Positions 9,315-17,196 of a DNA stretch of 64,000 nucleotides are shown one piece after another (the stretch's first letter is position 1; each line of letters starts with the position of its first letter). The position numbers were made by a program, and so were the translations under genes. Source of the stretch: Candidatus Nealsonbacteria bacterium. GTDB taxonomy: Bacteria > Patescibacteriota > Minisyncoccia > Minisyncoccales > JAUWAW01. A model generated the notes under the pieces. The model had not been told where the DNA came from and ran no database searches. It was given only the letters and a program-made list of their open reading frames with translations. The stretch covers positions 7,410 through 71,409 of the forward strand of contig JAUWAW010000002.1 in NCBI GenBank assembly GCA_030601865.1. Reading direction: 5' to 3'.

Positions 9315-9926
9315 TTACGCATTTTTCACTACAGCTATTTGGGGAACTCTAAATTTTTTTCTCAACCATACTTCTACTATCTCATAAGCTCCGAAAAAAA
9401 CAGTTGTATAAAATAGGTTCCCAATTAAAGTATTTTTGAAAAAAGGAAGAGCCATTAAATAGCATTGCCAGAGACCAGAAAAAGTTTTGGCATACCAGGG
9501 AGTAAAAACCCAAACAGCAAAATTGGTCAGGGCAAAAAATAAAAGAGCTGCCAAAAAAGCGCTGCCACCAATAGTGTACCATTTTTTATGCTTTTTCAGC
9601 CAGAACCCCAAAACCGCGAAAAGCAAAAAACTGCCGTAGACAAAAAACATTAAACTTAATTGGTAAGAACCAATAAACATATCAGAAATTACCATAGCTG
9701 CCATTGGTAAAATCAAGGCAGTTTTTCTGGAAAGATAAACTCCGGCAAACAAAGCAATGGCGGCAATAGGAGCAAAATTCGGCGGATGAGGCAAAAGCCG
9801 CAAACTGACCCCTACGACAATAAACAGCAAAACAATAACAAACTTTACCCCGTTAAATCCGCCAAAGGCGGTGCGGCAAAGCCGCAATTTAACAGGGTTT
9901 ATGATTTTTTCTTTTTGTGAAAACAT
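9315..9926 (-). CDS. DUF6580-like polytopic membrane protein (putative vitamin/B12-related transporter component)
   Basis: LRLLPHPPNFAPIAAIALFAGVYL motif and about 6 TM helices. It lies downstream of the cobalamin riboswitch and the DUF4430 gene. The N-terminal 25 aa are encoded by a repeat copy (9848-9897). Confidence 0.6.
   Translation of the reverse strand: MFSQKEKIINPVKLRLCRTAFGGFNGVKFVIVLLFIVVGVSLRLLPHPPNFAPIAAIALFAGVYLSRKTALILPMAAMVISDMFIGSYQLSLMFFVYGSFLLFAVLGFWLKKHKKWYTIGGSAFLAALLFFALTNFAVWVFTPWYAKTFSGLWQCYLMALPFFKNTLIGNLFYTTVFFGAYEIVEVWLRKKFRVPQIAVVKNA
9848..9897. repeat. Three-way-junction repeat, copy A1 (inside a CDS)
   Basis: CCCCGTTAAAT | CCGCCaaaGGCGG | TGCGGCaaaGCCGCA | ATTTAACAGGG. 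Read through as NPVKLRLCRTAFGGFNGV. Confidence 0.7.
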
Positions 9927-9931
9927 TTTTA

Positions 9932-10035
9932 ATCACCAAGATACAAGATACAATAACCAAACAAATTTCAATAATCAATCACCAAAAGATTTGGTTATTG
10001 GTGTTTGGTTATTGTTTGTTTCTTGTTTCTTGGTT
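9932..10035. repeat. Long imperfect hairpin, copy B1
   Basis: The 5' arm ATCACCAAGATACAAGATACAATAACCAAACA... is mirrored by ...TGTTTGGTTATTGTTTGTTTCTTGTTTCTTGGT. Homologous to 63347-63471. Confidence 0.7.
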
Positions 10036-10038
10036 ACT

Positions 10039-10497
10039 TTAAAAAGCTGATTCCTCAAATCTAAATTCTACTTTGTCGCCTGCTTTCAAAAGCTGTTTAT
10101 CAGCCGCCACAGAAGGCATCTCTCCATTAATATAATATAACCAGTATTTCCCGTCCTGTCCATTTTCTTTGTCTCCAATGGCTTCAATGAACACTCCTAT
10201 ATCTTCGTATGTTTTTGTTTTCAAATCAAGCTCCAATTTTCCAGCTCCCTTTTTCAACAAGTCAAAAGCGCTTGAACCTTTTTTAATCCTAATCTCAAGG
10301 GTCTGAACATTGCCAGAGCCATTATCAATAATTAAAGAATTTTCCTGAAAAAGTTTCTCATAAAGTACCTGACCCATTGAAGCAGCGCTCAAATTCTCTA
10401 TATCTGAACGGATTCTTCCTGCAAAAACACCTACTCCAATAAGAAGGATAACTCCCATTCCTATTAAAATTTTCAAATTTTTGTCTATCATGTTCAT
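10039..10497 (-). CDS. DUF4430 domain protein (transcobalamin/intrinsic-factor-like fold), membrane anchored
   Basis: DGKYWLYYINGEMPSVAADKQLLKAGDKVEFRF is the DUF4430 C-terminal pattern. It is the first gene after a cobalamin riboswitch. Confidence 0.7.
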   Translation of the reverse strand: MNMIDKNLKILIGMGVILLIGVGVFAGRIRSDIENLSAASMGQVLYEKLFQENSLIIDNGSGNVQTLEIRIKKGSSAFDLLKKGAGKLELDLKTKTYEDIGVFIEAIGDKENGQDGKYWLYYINGEMPSVAADKQLLKAGDKVEFRFEESAF

Positions 10498-10503
10498 AAA
10501 TTG

Positions 10504-10699
10504 AAAAAATCCCGCTTCAAGCGAGATAGGATGACCCTACTCTTTACTCGAAGAGAATTAGGTTAAAATTTTTATGGCGGCATTCTGGCTTTTTACCCAG
10601 TTAAATAATTTCGCCTCTGGCGAAATTGCTGCGGAGCAGCATTTAACCGGGTGAACAGTTGCGGTACAGCTCAGGAATTACACCTGATTTCTCACCATT
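10504..10699 (-). promoter_or_regulatory. Cobalamin (B12) riboswitch with terminator expression platform
   Basis: The minus-strand RNA reads GAGAAAUCAGGUGUAAUUCCUGAGCUGUACCGCAACUGU (core GGUG..AAUUCC..GCNG..CCGCNACUGU). B12 box AAGCCAGAAUGCCGCC (plus coords 10576-10590). Terminal CUCGCUUGAAGCGGG + UUUUUU (10504-10525). Confidence 0.65.
10596..10651. repeat. Three-way-junction repeat, copy A2 (embedded in the riboswitch variable region)
   Basis: CCCAGTTAAAT | AATTTCGCCtctGGCGAAATT | GCTGCggaGCAGC | ATTTAACCGGG. Differs from copy A3 at only 3 positions. Confidence 0.75.
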
Positions 10700-10705
10700 T
10701 ATTTA

Positions 10706-10733
10706 ATTTTACATTTCAAAACTCCTTTGTCAA
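10706..10733 (-). promoter_or_regulatory. Sigma-70-type promoter of the riboswitch operon
   Basis: Minus strand TTGACA (10733-10728), 16-nt spacer, TAAAAT (10711-10706). About 7 nt upstream of the riboswitch 5' end. Confidence 0.55.
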
Positions 10734-10741
10734 TAGTAAGC

Positions 10742-11434
10742 TTATCTTACCTGACAGACATCAAAAAATGGGGCAATGGCTTTTTGGATTTCTAAAAGAT
10801 ATTTGTTGGGATAAGGTTTTTTCTTTTCAAATTTGGGGTCAATGGTTTTCTCTGGTCTAAAATTCTGTAAATAGTATTTTTGGGCTGGTCCAATCCATTG
10901 AGCGATTTTTAAAATGTCTTCTTTTTTAAGTAAAGGGTTTATGGTCGTGCGGAATTCAAAATCTATTTTTGATTCTTTTAAAATCTTGATGCTCTGCTCT
11001 ATATTCCTTAAACTTACTTTTTTGCCCGTCACTTTTTCATATTTTTCCTTGGACGCTTTAATATCTATGGCTACATAATCTATTAATTTCTTTTCAATTA
11101 AACCCTTTAGTATTTTTGGCTTAGAACCATTGGTATCAAGTTTGACTGAATATCCCAATTTTTTAATTTTCTTAACAAAACTTGGCAATTTTTTATCAAT
11201 GGTTGGCTCGCCACCGCACAAAACAATGCCCTCTAAAAGGTCTTTTCTTTCTTTTAAAAAACTGAAAAAATCTTTTTCCAAAATCCTTGGTTGCTTTTTT
11301 ATTTCAGCGGGCAAAACAAGTTCTCTTGAATAACACCAAGGACAGCGATAATTGCAACCAAGACAAAAAACCGTGCAAGCCAGCTTGCCAGGATAATCAA
11401 TAAGGGTTAATTTTTGAAGACCACCAATTTGCAT
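10742..11434 (-). CDS. nrdG: Anaerobic ribonucleoside-triphosphate reductase activating protein (radical SAM)
   Basis: CNYRCPWC cluster motif. 1-nt overlap with nrdD. Confidence 0.85.
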   Translation of the reverse strand: MQIGGLQKLTLIDYPGKLACTVFCLGCNYRCPWCYSRELVLPAEIKKQPRILEKDFFSFLKERKDLLEGIVLCGGEPTIDKKLPSFVKKIKKLGYSVKLDTNGSKPKILKGLIEKKLIDYVAIDIKASKEKYEKVTGKKVSLRNIEQSIKILKESKIDFEFRTTINPLLKKEDILKIAQWIGPAQKYYLQNFRPEKTIDPKFEKKKPYPNKYLLEIQKAIAPFFDVCQVR

Positions 11435-13545
11435 TAGAGTCTTGCGGGCACCTTAAATGTTTTCCGTTGATGAAATTCTTTCTGCTTTCCAACATTAAAC
11501 TGGGACACAGGGCGATAATACCCGACCACCCTTGAATAAACTTCGCACGGCTGTTTTATTGTACATTTTGGACACTCAAAATGTTCGCCGCTCAGATAGC
11601 CATGCGTTGGACAGATTGAAAAAGTGGGAGTCAAAGTAATATAAGGCAAGCGGAACTTCTCAAAGATTTTTTTAATTAATTTTTTCACTGTTTTAGCGTC
11701 TGAAACTCGCTCGCCCAAAAAGAGGTGTAAAACACTGCCACCTGTGTATTTACACGTAATTTCATCTTGAAGTTTTAAGGCCTCAAAAGGATCACCGGTA
11801 TAGTTGACCGGTAATTGGCTACTGTTAGTATAATATGGTACTTTCTTTGTCCCAGCCGTAATAATATCGGGATATTTTTCTTTGTCTTTCAGAGCTAAAC
11901 GATAAGCAGTACTCTCGGCCGGCGTTTGTTCTAAATTGTAGATATCGTCTGTTTCTTTTTGATACTTTACTAATTTTTTTCTCATAAAGTCCATAACTTC
12001 CAAAGTAAATTTTCTACCTCTCTTTGAACCAATGTTCTCGCCAATAAAATTTAAAAGGGCTTCATTCATACCAACCAAACCAATAGTTGAAAAGTGATTG
12101 GCATAATATTTTCCTCTCATTTTTTTTACCCCGGACAAATAAAATTTGGAATAAGGATATAAACTTTTTTCAATGAAGTTTTCTATTGTTTTTCTTTTAA
12201 TTTCTAAACTTGCCTGAGCTAAATCCATTATTTTTTCCAATCTCTCAAAAAAGTCTCTTTTGGTTTTAGACAGATAACCAATTCTGGGAAGGTTAATAGT
12301 AACTACGCCAGTACTTCCTGTAAGCGCTCCCGAACCAAACAATCCACCCCCGCCTCGGTTGTAAAGCTCCCGTAGGTCAAGACGAAGCCGGCAACACATT
12401 GAGCGCGTATCCGAAGGTTTCATTTCCGAATTAATATAATTAGCAAAATAATTTGTTCCGTATTTTGCAGAAGCTCTAAAGATTCCGTCAAAGGCCGGCT
12501 CGTCCCAGGGAAAATCTTTGGTGATATTTACAGTTGGAATGGGGAAATGGAAAGGTCTTCCGGATTTGTCGCCCTCAAGCATTGTTTCGTAAAGCGCCTT
12601 GTTAAATGTCTTCATTTCCTCTTCAAATTCCTGATAGGTTTCTTTCTGAGGTTTACCTCCAATAATTACTGGCTGTTTGGCAAAAGAAGGAGAAGGTCTA
12701 AGGTCTAAGGTGATATTGGAAAAAGGACACTGAAATCCAACCCTGGTGGGTGTGGCCATATTAAACAAAAATTCTTGAAGAGCCTGTTTGACTTGCTGAT
12801 AGGTTAGATTATCATACCGAATGAAAGGAGCTAACAGTGTATCAAAATTTGAAAAAGCAACAGCTCCTGCTACCTCGCCTTGGATTGTATACAGGAAATT
12901 AACTATCTGACCCAAAGCAACCTGGAAATGCTTAGCTGGCTTTGACTCCATCTTGCCCAAAACTCCACCAAAGCCTTTAAGTAAAAGATCGTAAAGGTCC
13001 CAGCCAGCACAATAACAACCTAAAGTATCTAAATTATGAATATGCAAATCGCCGCTCTTGACTGCCTCCCTGATTGGTTTGGGATAGATTTTGTTGAGCC
13101 AATATTTTTTAACGATATAAGAAACGCCATAATGGTTAAGGCCTTGCAAGGAAAAGGCCATGTTGGCATTTTCTTGGACTTCCCAATCCAATTTCCCTAA
13201 GTATTGGTCAACTCTATCCACTGCTTCTTCGCTTACTTTTACTGCTTCTCTTATTCTTCTTCTTTGCTCGCGGTATAAAATATAAGACCTAGCTGTTTCA
13301 ACCAGGTCTTCTAAAATGAGAACTTCTTCAACAATGTCTTGAATTTGTTCCACATTGGGAACCTCATCTTTTTTAAAACGTCGATTTAAAAACTCCACCA
13401 CTCTGTCAGAAAGTTTTTTTGCCTTTTTGCCGTCGCCCTGGCCAGCAGATGTGATGGCTTTAAAGATGGCGTCGGTAATTCTTTTCTGGTCAAAAACAAT
13501 AGTGGATCCATCCCTCTTTTGAACCTTGGCAATTTTGTTTTGCAT
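11434..13545 (-). CDS. nrdD: Anaerobic ribonucleoside-triphosphate reductase (class III) with N-terminal ATP-cone
   Basis: ATP-cone KRDGSTIVFDQKRITDAI. C-terminal Zn/glycyl-radical region CPTHGYLSGEHFECPKC...YSRVVGYYRPV. Confidence 0.9.
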   Translation of the reverse strand: MQNKIAKVQKRDGSTIVFDQKRITDAIFKAITSAGQGDGKKAKKLSDRVVEFLNRRFKKDEVPNVEQIQDIVEEVLILEDLVETARSYILYREQRRRIREAVKVSEEAVDRVDQYLGKLDWEVQENANMAFSLQGLNHYGVSYIVKKYWLNKIYPKPIREAVKSGDLHIHNLDTLGCYCAGWDLYDLLLKGFGGVLGKMESKPAKHFQVALGQIVNFLYTIQGEVAGAVAFSNFDTLLAPFIRYDNLTYQQVKQALQEFLFNMATPTRVGFQCPFSNITLDLRPSPSFAKQPVIIGGKPQKETYQEFEEEMKTFNKALYETMLEGDKSGRPFHFPIPTVNITKDFPWDEPAFDGIFRASAKYGTNYFANYINSEMKPSDTRSMCCRLRLDLRELYNRGGGGLFGSGALTGSTGVVTINLPRIGYLSKTKRDFFERLEKIMDLAQASLEIKRKTIENFIEKSLYPYSKFYLSGVKKMRGKYYANHFSTIGLVGMNEALLNFIGENIGSKRGRKFTLEVMDFMRKKLVKYQKETDDIYNLEQTPAESTAYRLALKDKEKYPDIITAGTKKVPYYTNSSQLPVNYTGDPFEALKLQDEITCKYTGGSVLHLFLGERVSDAKTVKKLIKKIFEKFRLPYITLTPTFSICPTHGYLSGEHFECPKCTIKQPCEVYSRVVGYYRPVSQFNVGKQKEFHQRKTFKVPARL

Positions 13546-13567
13546 AAATTATTTCATTGTATGCCAA

Positions 13568-13591
13568 TACAAAAAGGCCGTCAACCGGCCT
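13568..13591 (-). terminator. Terminator after ftsZ
   Basis: AGGCCGgttgaCGGCCT followed by a U-run on the minus strand. Confidence 0.6.
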
Positions 13592-13596
13592 AAATC

Positions 13597-13605
13597 TGTG
13601 GATAA
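13597..13605. promoter_or_regulatory. Perfect DnaA box upstream of nrdD
   Basis: TGTGGATAA (reverse complement of TTATCCACA), 52 nt upstream of the nrdD ATG. Confidence 0.45.
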
Positions 13606-13628
13606 GTGACAGTCAAGAAGGTCCCAAC

Positions 13629-14558
13629 TCAAAACCCCGTGGCCACCAAGGTTACTTTGATAACGCCTTTCTTTAATTTTTTGTCTTGCACTGCGCCGAA
13701 GATGACCTTAGCTTGAGGATGAAGTCTTTGGGTAATAACCTTAGTTATTTCTTCTATTTCAGACAAACTCATATCCTCTCCCCCGGAAACATTAAACAAA
13801 ACAGCTCTGCCTCCTTGGATGGAAGAATCAAGCAGGGGAGAGTTGATGGCCTGATTAGCCGCTTCCTGAGCCCTTCTTTCTCCTTTGGCCTCGCCAATGC
13901 CCAAAAGCGCTGGTCCAGAGTTTTTCATAATGGTGCGGATGTCAGCAAAATCAACATTGACAATGCCGGGCAGCACAATTAAATCAGAAATCCCTTGCAC
14001 CGCCTGCCTCAGGGTCTCGTCGCACATCCAGAAAGCAATAATGACTGAGGTGTCTCTATTAATCATTTCCAGCAACCGGTCATTGGGAATGCAAAGCAAG
14101 GTATCAACCTTCTCTTTTAGGTCGTGGATACCCTTTTCAGCTATCTTTTTTCTAAAATCTCCTTCAAAGGAAAAAGGCTTGGTGACTACGGCAATAACCA
14201 GAGCTCCCAATTTTTTGGCAATCTGCGCCACCACTGGGCCGGCTCCTGAGCCGGTTCCCCCGCCTGCGCCGTAGGTAACAAAAACTGTATCCGAGCCCTT
14301 TAAAACCTCCCGGAGCTCTTCTCTTTGTTCTTCGGCTGCCTTTCTGCCAGTTTCCGGATTCATGCCTGTGCCCAAACCTTTGGTCAGTTCTCTTCCAATT
14401 TGAACTTTTTGATGGGCTTTGGCTTTTTTAAGGTCTTGGATGTCTGTGTTGACCGCAATTAAATCCACGCCCTGGATTTTACAGGCCATCATTCGGCTGA
14501 CACCGTTACCTCCAGAGCCGCCTATGCCCACTACTTTGATTGAGGTTGTCGCTTGCAT
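13629..14558 (-). CDS. ftsZ: Cell division GTPase FtsZ (short form, no long C-terminal linker/tail)
   Basis: Tubulin signature GGGTGSGAGPVVA and N-terminal IKVVGIGGSGGNGVSRM. Confidence 0.9.
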   Translation of the reverse strand: MQATTSIKVVGIGGSGGNGVSRMMACKIQGVDLIAVNTDIQDLKKAKAHQKVQIGRELTKGLGTGMNPETGRKAAEEQREELREVLKGSDTVFVTYGAGGGTGSGAGPVVAQIAKKLGALVIAVVTKPFSFEGDFRKKIAEKGIHDLKEKVDTLLCIPNDRLLEMINRDTSVIIAFWMCDETLRQAVQGISDLIVLPGIVNVDFADIRTIMKNSGPALLGIGEAKGERRAQEAANQAINSPLLDSSIQGGRAVLFNVSGGEDMSLSEIEEITKVITQRLHPQAKVIFGAVQDKKLKKGVIKVTLVATGF

Positions 14559-14606
14559 TATAATACAGACCCTCCTTCTACATCTTACCTCTTAATTCTT
14601 ATATTT

Positions 14607-15569
14607 TCAACCCCCACCAGCGCGCTGTAAGAGGTCATTGTCTATTGATATTTTTGAGGGCAGAAAATAAGGAAAGTGAAAACCTAAGGAGTAAACAAAA
14701 GGAAGAGTCAATTTTGCTTTTAGAAATCTTGTTTTGAATAGTGCTTGGGTTTCTTGGCGATACTTTTGAAAATCAGGAAAATTCTTTAATAAAATTTCAG
14801 CCGCTGTTAATCCCCAAATTACTCCGCCCCCACTCCATGGTTTGGTTAGGCCGGCCGCGTCGCCGCAAAGAGTGATGTTTTGCTGCCTGGGCAGGTGCAG
14901 ACCTTGAGGAATGAGAGCGCTTTTTATATAAGATTTCTCAAGGGCAGCCCTTGAGAAATTCCTGCTCAAAAATTCATCAAAATCCTTTTTAATGGTCTTT
15001 AGGGGTCCGATTGCTCCGTATTCTGTCCTCTCGCCTCTGGGGATCTTCCAGAAAAAGCCAGCTTTGATAGGCCAGGTCTCCACATAATTGGAATTGTCTC
15101 TTTTATCTTGGAAAACCTGAAGGCCGAGTCGGAATAATGGTTGCCGTAAACCAAGTTGCTCTCTCACTTGTGATAAAGCTCCGTCACAGCCGATGACCCT
15201 ATCAAACCCCTGGGGTATCTTTTTAATTGTTTGTCCAAACAAAATTTCAGCGCCTGCTTTCCGAGCAAGACCAAACAAAATTTTAACCAAGTTTAGACGG
15301 TCAATGGCAAAATGTGTCGGCTTAATACTTAAAGTAATAGTTTTTCTGGGAAAATGCAGAAAGCAGGTATCAATTTTATTTTCAATTAAAGAGTCATTAA
15401 GGGGGATAAACTCTCCCAACCGTTCTGAAATCAAAGAGGAGCAGGGTTTCTGTCCTATCTCTGCGATTGTTTTTTTCTTCTCAAAAACAACCACTTTGTG
15501 ACCTGCCTGACTCAATTTCCAAGCCAGATAAAGCCCGCAGGTCCCGGCGCCGATAATAGCTATATCCAT
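14607..15569 (-). CDS. FAD-dependent oxidoreductase (geranylgeranyl-reductase-like)
   Basis: Dinucleotide-binding N-terminus MDIAIIGAGTCGLYLAWKLSQAGHKVVVFEKK and a C-terminal GDAAG motif. Confidence 0.7.
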   Translation of the reverse strand: MDIAIIGAGTCGLYLAWKLSQAGHKVVVFEKKKTIAEIGQKPCSSLISERLGEFIPLNDSLIENKIDTCFLHFPRKTITLSIKPTHFAIDRLNLVKILFGLARKAGAEILFGQTIKKIPQGFDRVIGCDGALSQVREQLGLRQPLFRLGLQVFQDKRDNSNYVETWPIKAGFFWKIPRGERTEYGAIGPLKTIKKDFDEFLSRNFSRAALEKSYIKSALIPQGLHLPRQQNITLCGDAAGLTKPWSGGGVIWGLTAAEILLKNFPDFQKYRQETQALFKTRFLKAKLTLPFVYSLGFHFPYFLPSKISIDNDLLQRAGGG

Positions 15570-15621
15570 AGAAAAACTATATCAAACATTTGCTAAAAAA
15601 GAAAGACATGCTAAAATCAGT

Positions 15622-16065
15622 TTGGCACATTGTGCGGCACATTCTCAAAAGGAGTTACAGATTATGTCTATGCTGCTCACCTCTGGTCTATCTGAAAGGA
15701 TGATTGAAGATTTAGAATCTTTCCTAGGGCAACCGGCCTTTGATGGAAATATCCAAGAAGGTGGATACTTTTTCTGGGCACCAGAAATAAATTTTGGCGC
15801 TCTGGAAAGAATCCTTGAAGCCACCCAAGAAGGCTCTGACGAAGTTCTTGAAAAAAAACTGGAACGACGTAAACAAAAAATGAAAACTCTGTCTCTCAAG
15901 CTCCAGCAGGCAAAAAAAGAACTATCTGAAATAGTTCAGCAGCTTCAGCAAAAGGAGGCAAAATATAATAGGTTACGGGAGGAAACTAACCGGCTAAAAC
16001 AGCAAAGGGCTAGAATCCTCAACAAGGCAATATCTTGCTTGCAAGAAACCGCCAAAAGGCTCTGA
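15622..16065 (+). CDS. Hypothetical protein with C-terminal coiled coil (start uncertain, possibly the ATG at 15664)
   Basis: The ORF is the only evidence. The antisense track ORF 15645..15899 was rejected. Confidence 0.4.
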   Translation: MAHCAAHSQKELQIMSMLLTSGLSERMIEDLESFLGQPAFDGNIQEGGYFFWAPEINFGALERILEATQEGSDEVLEKKLERRKQKMKTLSLKLQQAKKELSEIVQQLQQKEAKYNRLREETNRLKQQRARILNKAISCLQETAKRL

Positions 16066-16153
16066 GCAACCTACTCAGAACCAAATGTTTTTGTGTGGAA
16101 CTTATTGAATAAAGTTAGAACTTACTTTGAGCAAAATCCCGGCATTGATATTT

Positions 16154-16284
16154 AGCGGCGCTTCGCGCCGCTATCACCGCCGCCTTCGGCGGCAACACCA
16201 GGGACGTTGACGTTGACAGCGCCACGCGCCTACTGACGCCTTGACCGCGGCGTCGTTCCCAGCGGCGGCTTCGCCGCCGCTGGG
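16154..16284. repeat. Cluster of four GC-rich hairpins (REP/BIME-like array or structured RNA)
   Basis: AGCGGCGcttcgCGCCGCT (16154-72), GCCGCCttcGGCGGC (16179-93), GACGCCttgaccgcGGCGTC (16235-54), CCCAGCGGCGGCttcGCCGCCGCTGGG (16258-84). The GC-rich block stands out against AT-rich flanks. Confidence 0.55.
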
Positions 16285-16343
16285 CTGCAAAACAGGAAAA
16301 TTTTCTCTACATTTCTAAAAATTTTAGGCGGCGGGCTTTTAGT

Positions 16344-16375
16344 AAAAATAGAGCATCATTTGACGCTCTATTTTT
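16344..16375. terminator. Bidirectional terminator hairpin next to tRNA-Ala
   Basis: AAAAATAGAGC-atcatttgac-GCTCTATTTTT. Confidence 0.6.
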
Positions 16376-16380
16376 ATCTG

Positions 16381-16453
16381 TGGACCCAGAGGGATTCGAA
16401 CCCTCGACCTCGAACGTGCCACGTTCGCGCGCTACCAACTGCGCCATGGGCCC
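16381..16453 (-). tRNA. tRNA-Ala (anticodon GGC)
   Basis: Manual cloverleaf: acceptor GGGCCCA/TGGGTCC with G3:U70, D arm GCGC-AGTTGGTA-GCGC, anticodon arm CGAAC-GTGGCAC-GTTCG, T arm GAGGG-TTCGAAT-CCCTC. No encoded CCA. Confidence 0.85.
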
Positions 16454-16467
16454 CTCACCCAGAAAGC

Positions 16468-16728
16468 TTAAGCTGATGCTAAACTGTTTTTGATTCTTTT
16501 TTTCAACTGAGTATATGCCTGAGCAAATCTTTTTAGATTATCCTCTCTATATCTAGTATCAGCTTTAGCTCTGTATGCCTCGTAATAAATAAGGTCAAAA
16601 GGAGCTTTGTTTTTAGTTGACTTACTTTTTCCAGTATTATGTTCTTCAAGCCTTCTTATTAAATCATTTGTATAGCCAATATAAACACTGTTATCTCTTT
16701 TACTTCGTATCAAGTAGATATAATACAT
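16468..16728 (-). CDS. GIY-YIG nuclease domain protein (stand-alone, 86 aa)
   Basis: MYYIYLIRSKRDNSVYIGYTNDLIRRLEEHN is the GIY-YIG motif set. The ORF is exactly bracketed by inverted CCCAGAAAGCTT / AAGCTTTCTGGG. Confidence 0.8.
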   Translation of the reverse strand: MYYIYLIRSKRDNSVYIGYTNDLIRRLEEHNTGKSKSTKNKAPFDLIYYEAYRAKADTRYREDNLKRFAQAYTQLKKRIKNSLASA

Positions 16729-16760
16729 AAAGCTTTCTGGGTAAGGGGCTATGGGGCCCC

Positions 16761-17102
16761 TTACTTTTTAACAAACACTCTATACCAATCTTTGTCAGTA
16801 AAAATATCGTGGAAGATAATACCGAATATGCCGCCGATACAAAACTTGGGGAAAACATGAAGCAATCCTAATGCCCAGATTAAAATGAAAAACAAGGTTG
16901 CCATAATCCAGTGATGTAAATGGAGCTTCCGTTTTCCCAAATTCAAAAACACATATTTCATTCTGCTGTTCTCGGGAACTTTTTTGTGATAATAATGCGT
17001 TCCCAAAAATCCAGCTCCTAAACCTAAAACAAACAAAAAGGAGATGAAAGCAGAAACCAAAAGGGTTATTCCTGGTAAAATAATCTTCTTTGCTTTTGGC
17101 AT
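16761..17102 (-). CDS. Hypothetical membrane protein (3 TM)
   Basis: ORF with hydrophobic segments. No motif recognised. Confidence 0.5.
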   Translation of the reverse strand: MPKAKKIILPGITLLVSAFISFLFVLGLGAGFLGTHYYHKKVPENSRMKYVFLNLGKRKLHLHHWIMATLFFILIWALGLLHVFPKFCIGGIFGIIFHDIFTDKDWYRVFVKK

Positions 17103-17120
17103 AATTTTTAATTTTTTCTG

Positions 17121-17192
17121 TGCCCCTGATAGGAGTCGGACCTATATCTGTTCTTTAGGAGAGAACTGTTCTATCCGTTGAACTACAGGGGC
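17121..17192 (-). tRNA. tRNA-Arg (anticodon CCU), unusual T-loop
   Basis: Acceptor GCCCCTG/CAGGGGC, D arm GTTC-AACGGATA-GAAC, anticodon arm GTTCT-CTCCTAA-AGAAC, T arm ATAGG-TCCGACT-CCTAT (C at position 55). Confidence 0.75.
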
Positions 17193-17196
17193 AATG

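Noticed and set aside
16154-16284. SRP RNA, tmRNA or RNase P RNA in the GC-rich hairpin cluster
   Set aside because: CAGGGACGUUGACGUUGACAGCGCC superficially recalls the SRP domain IV line-up, but the loop is not GNRA and the flanks do not form the required long helix. There is no tmRNA tag or tRNA-like end, and no RNase P CR-I/CR-V motifs.
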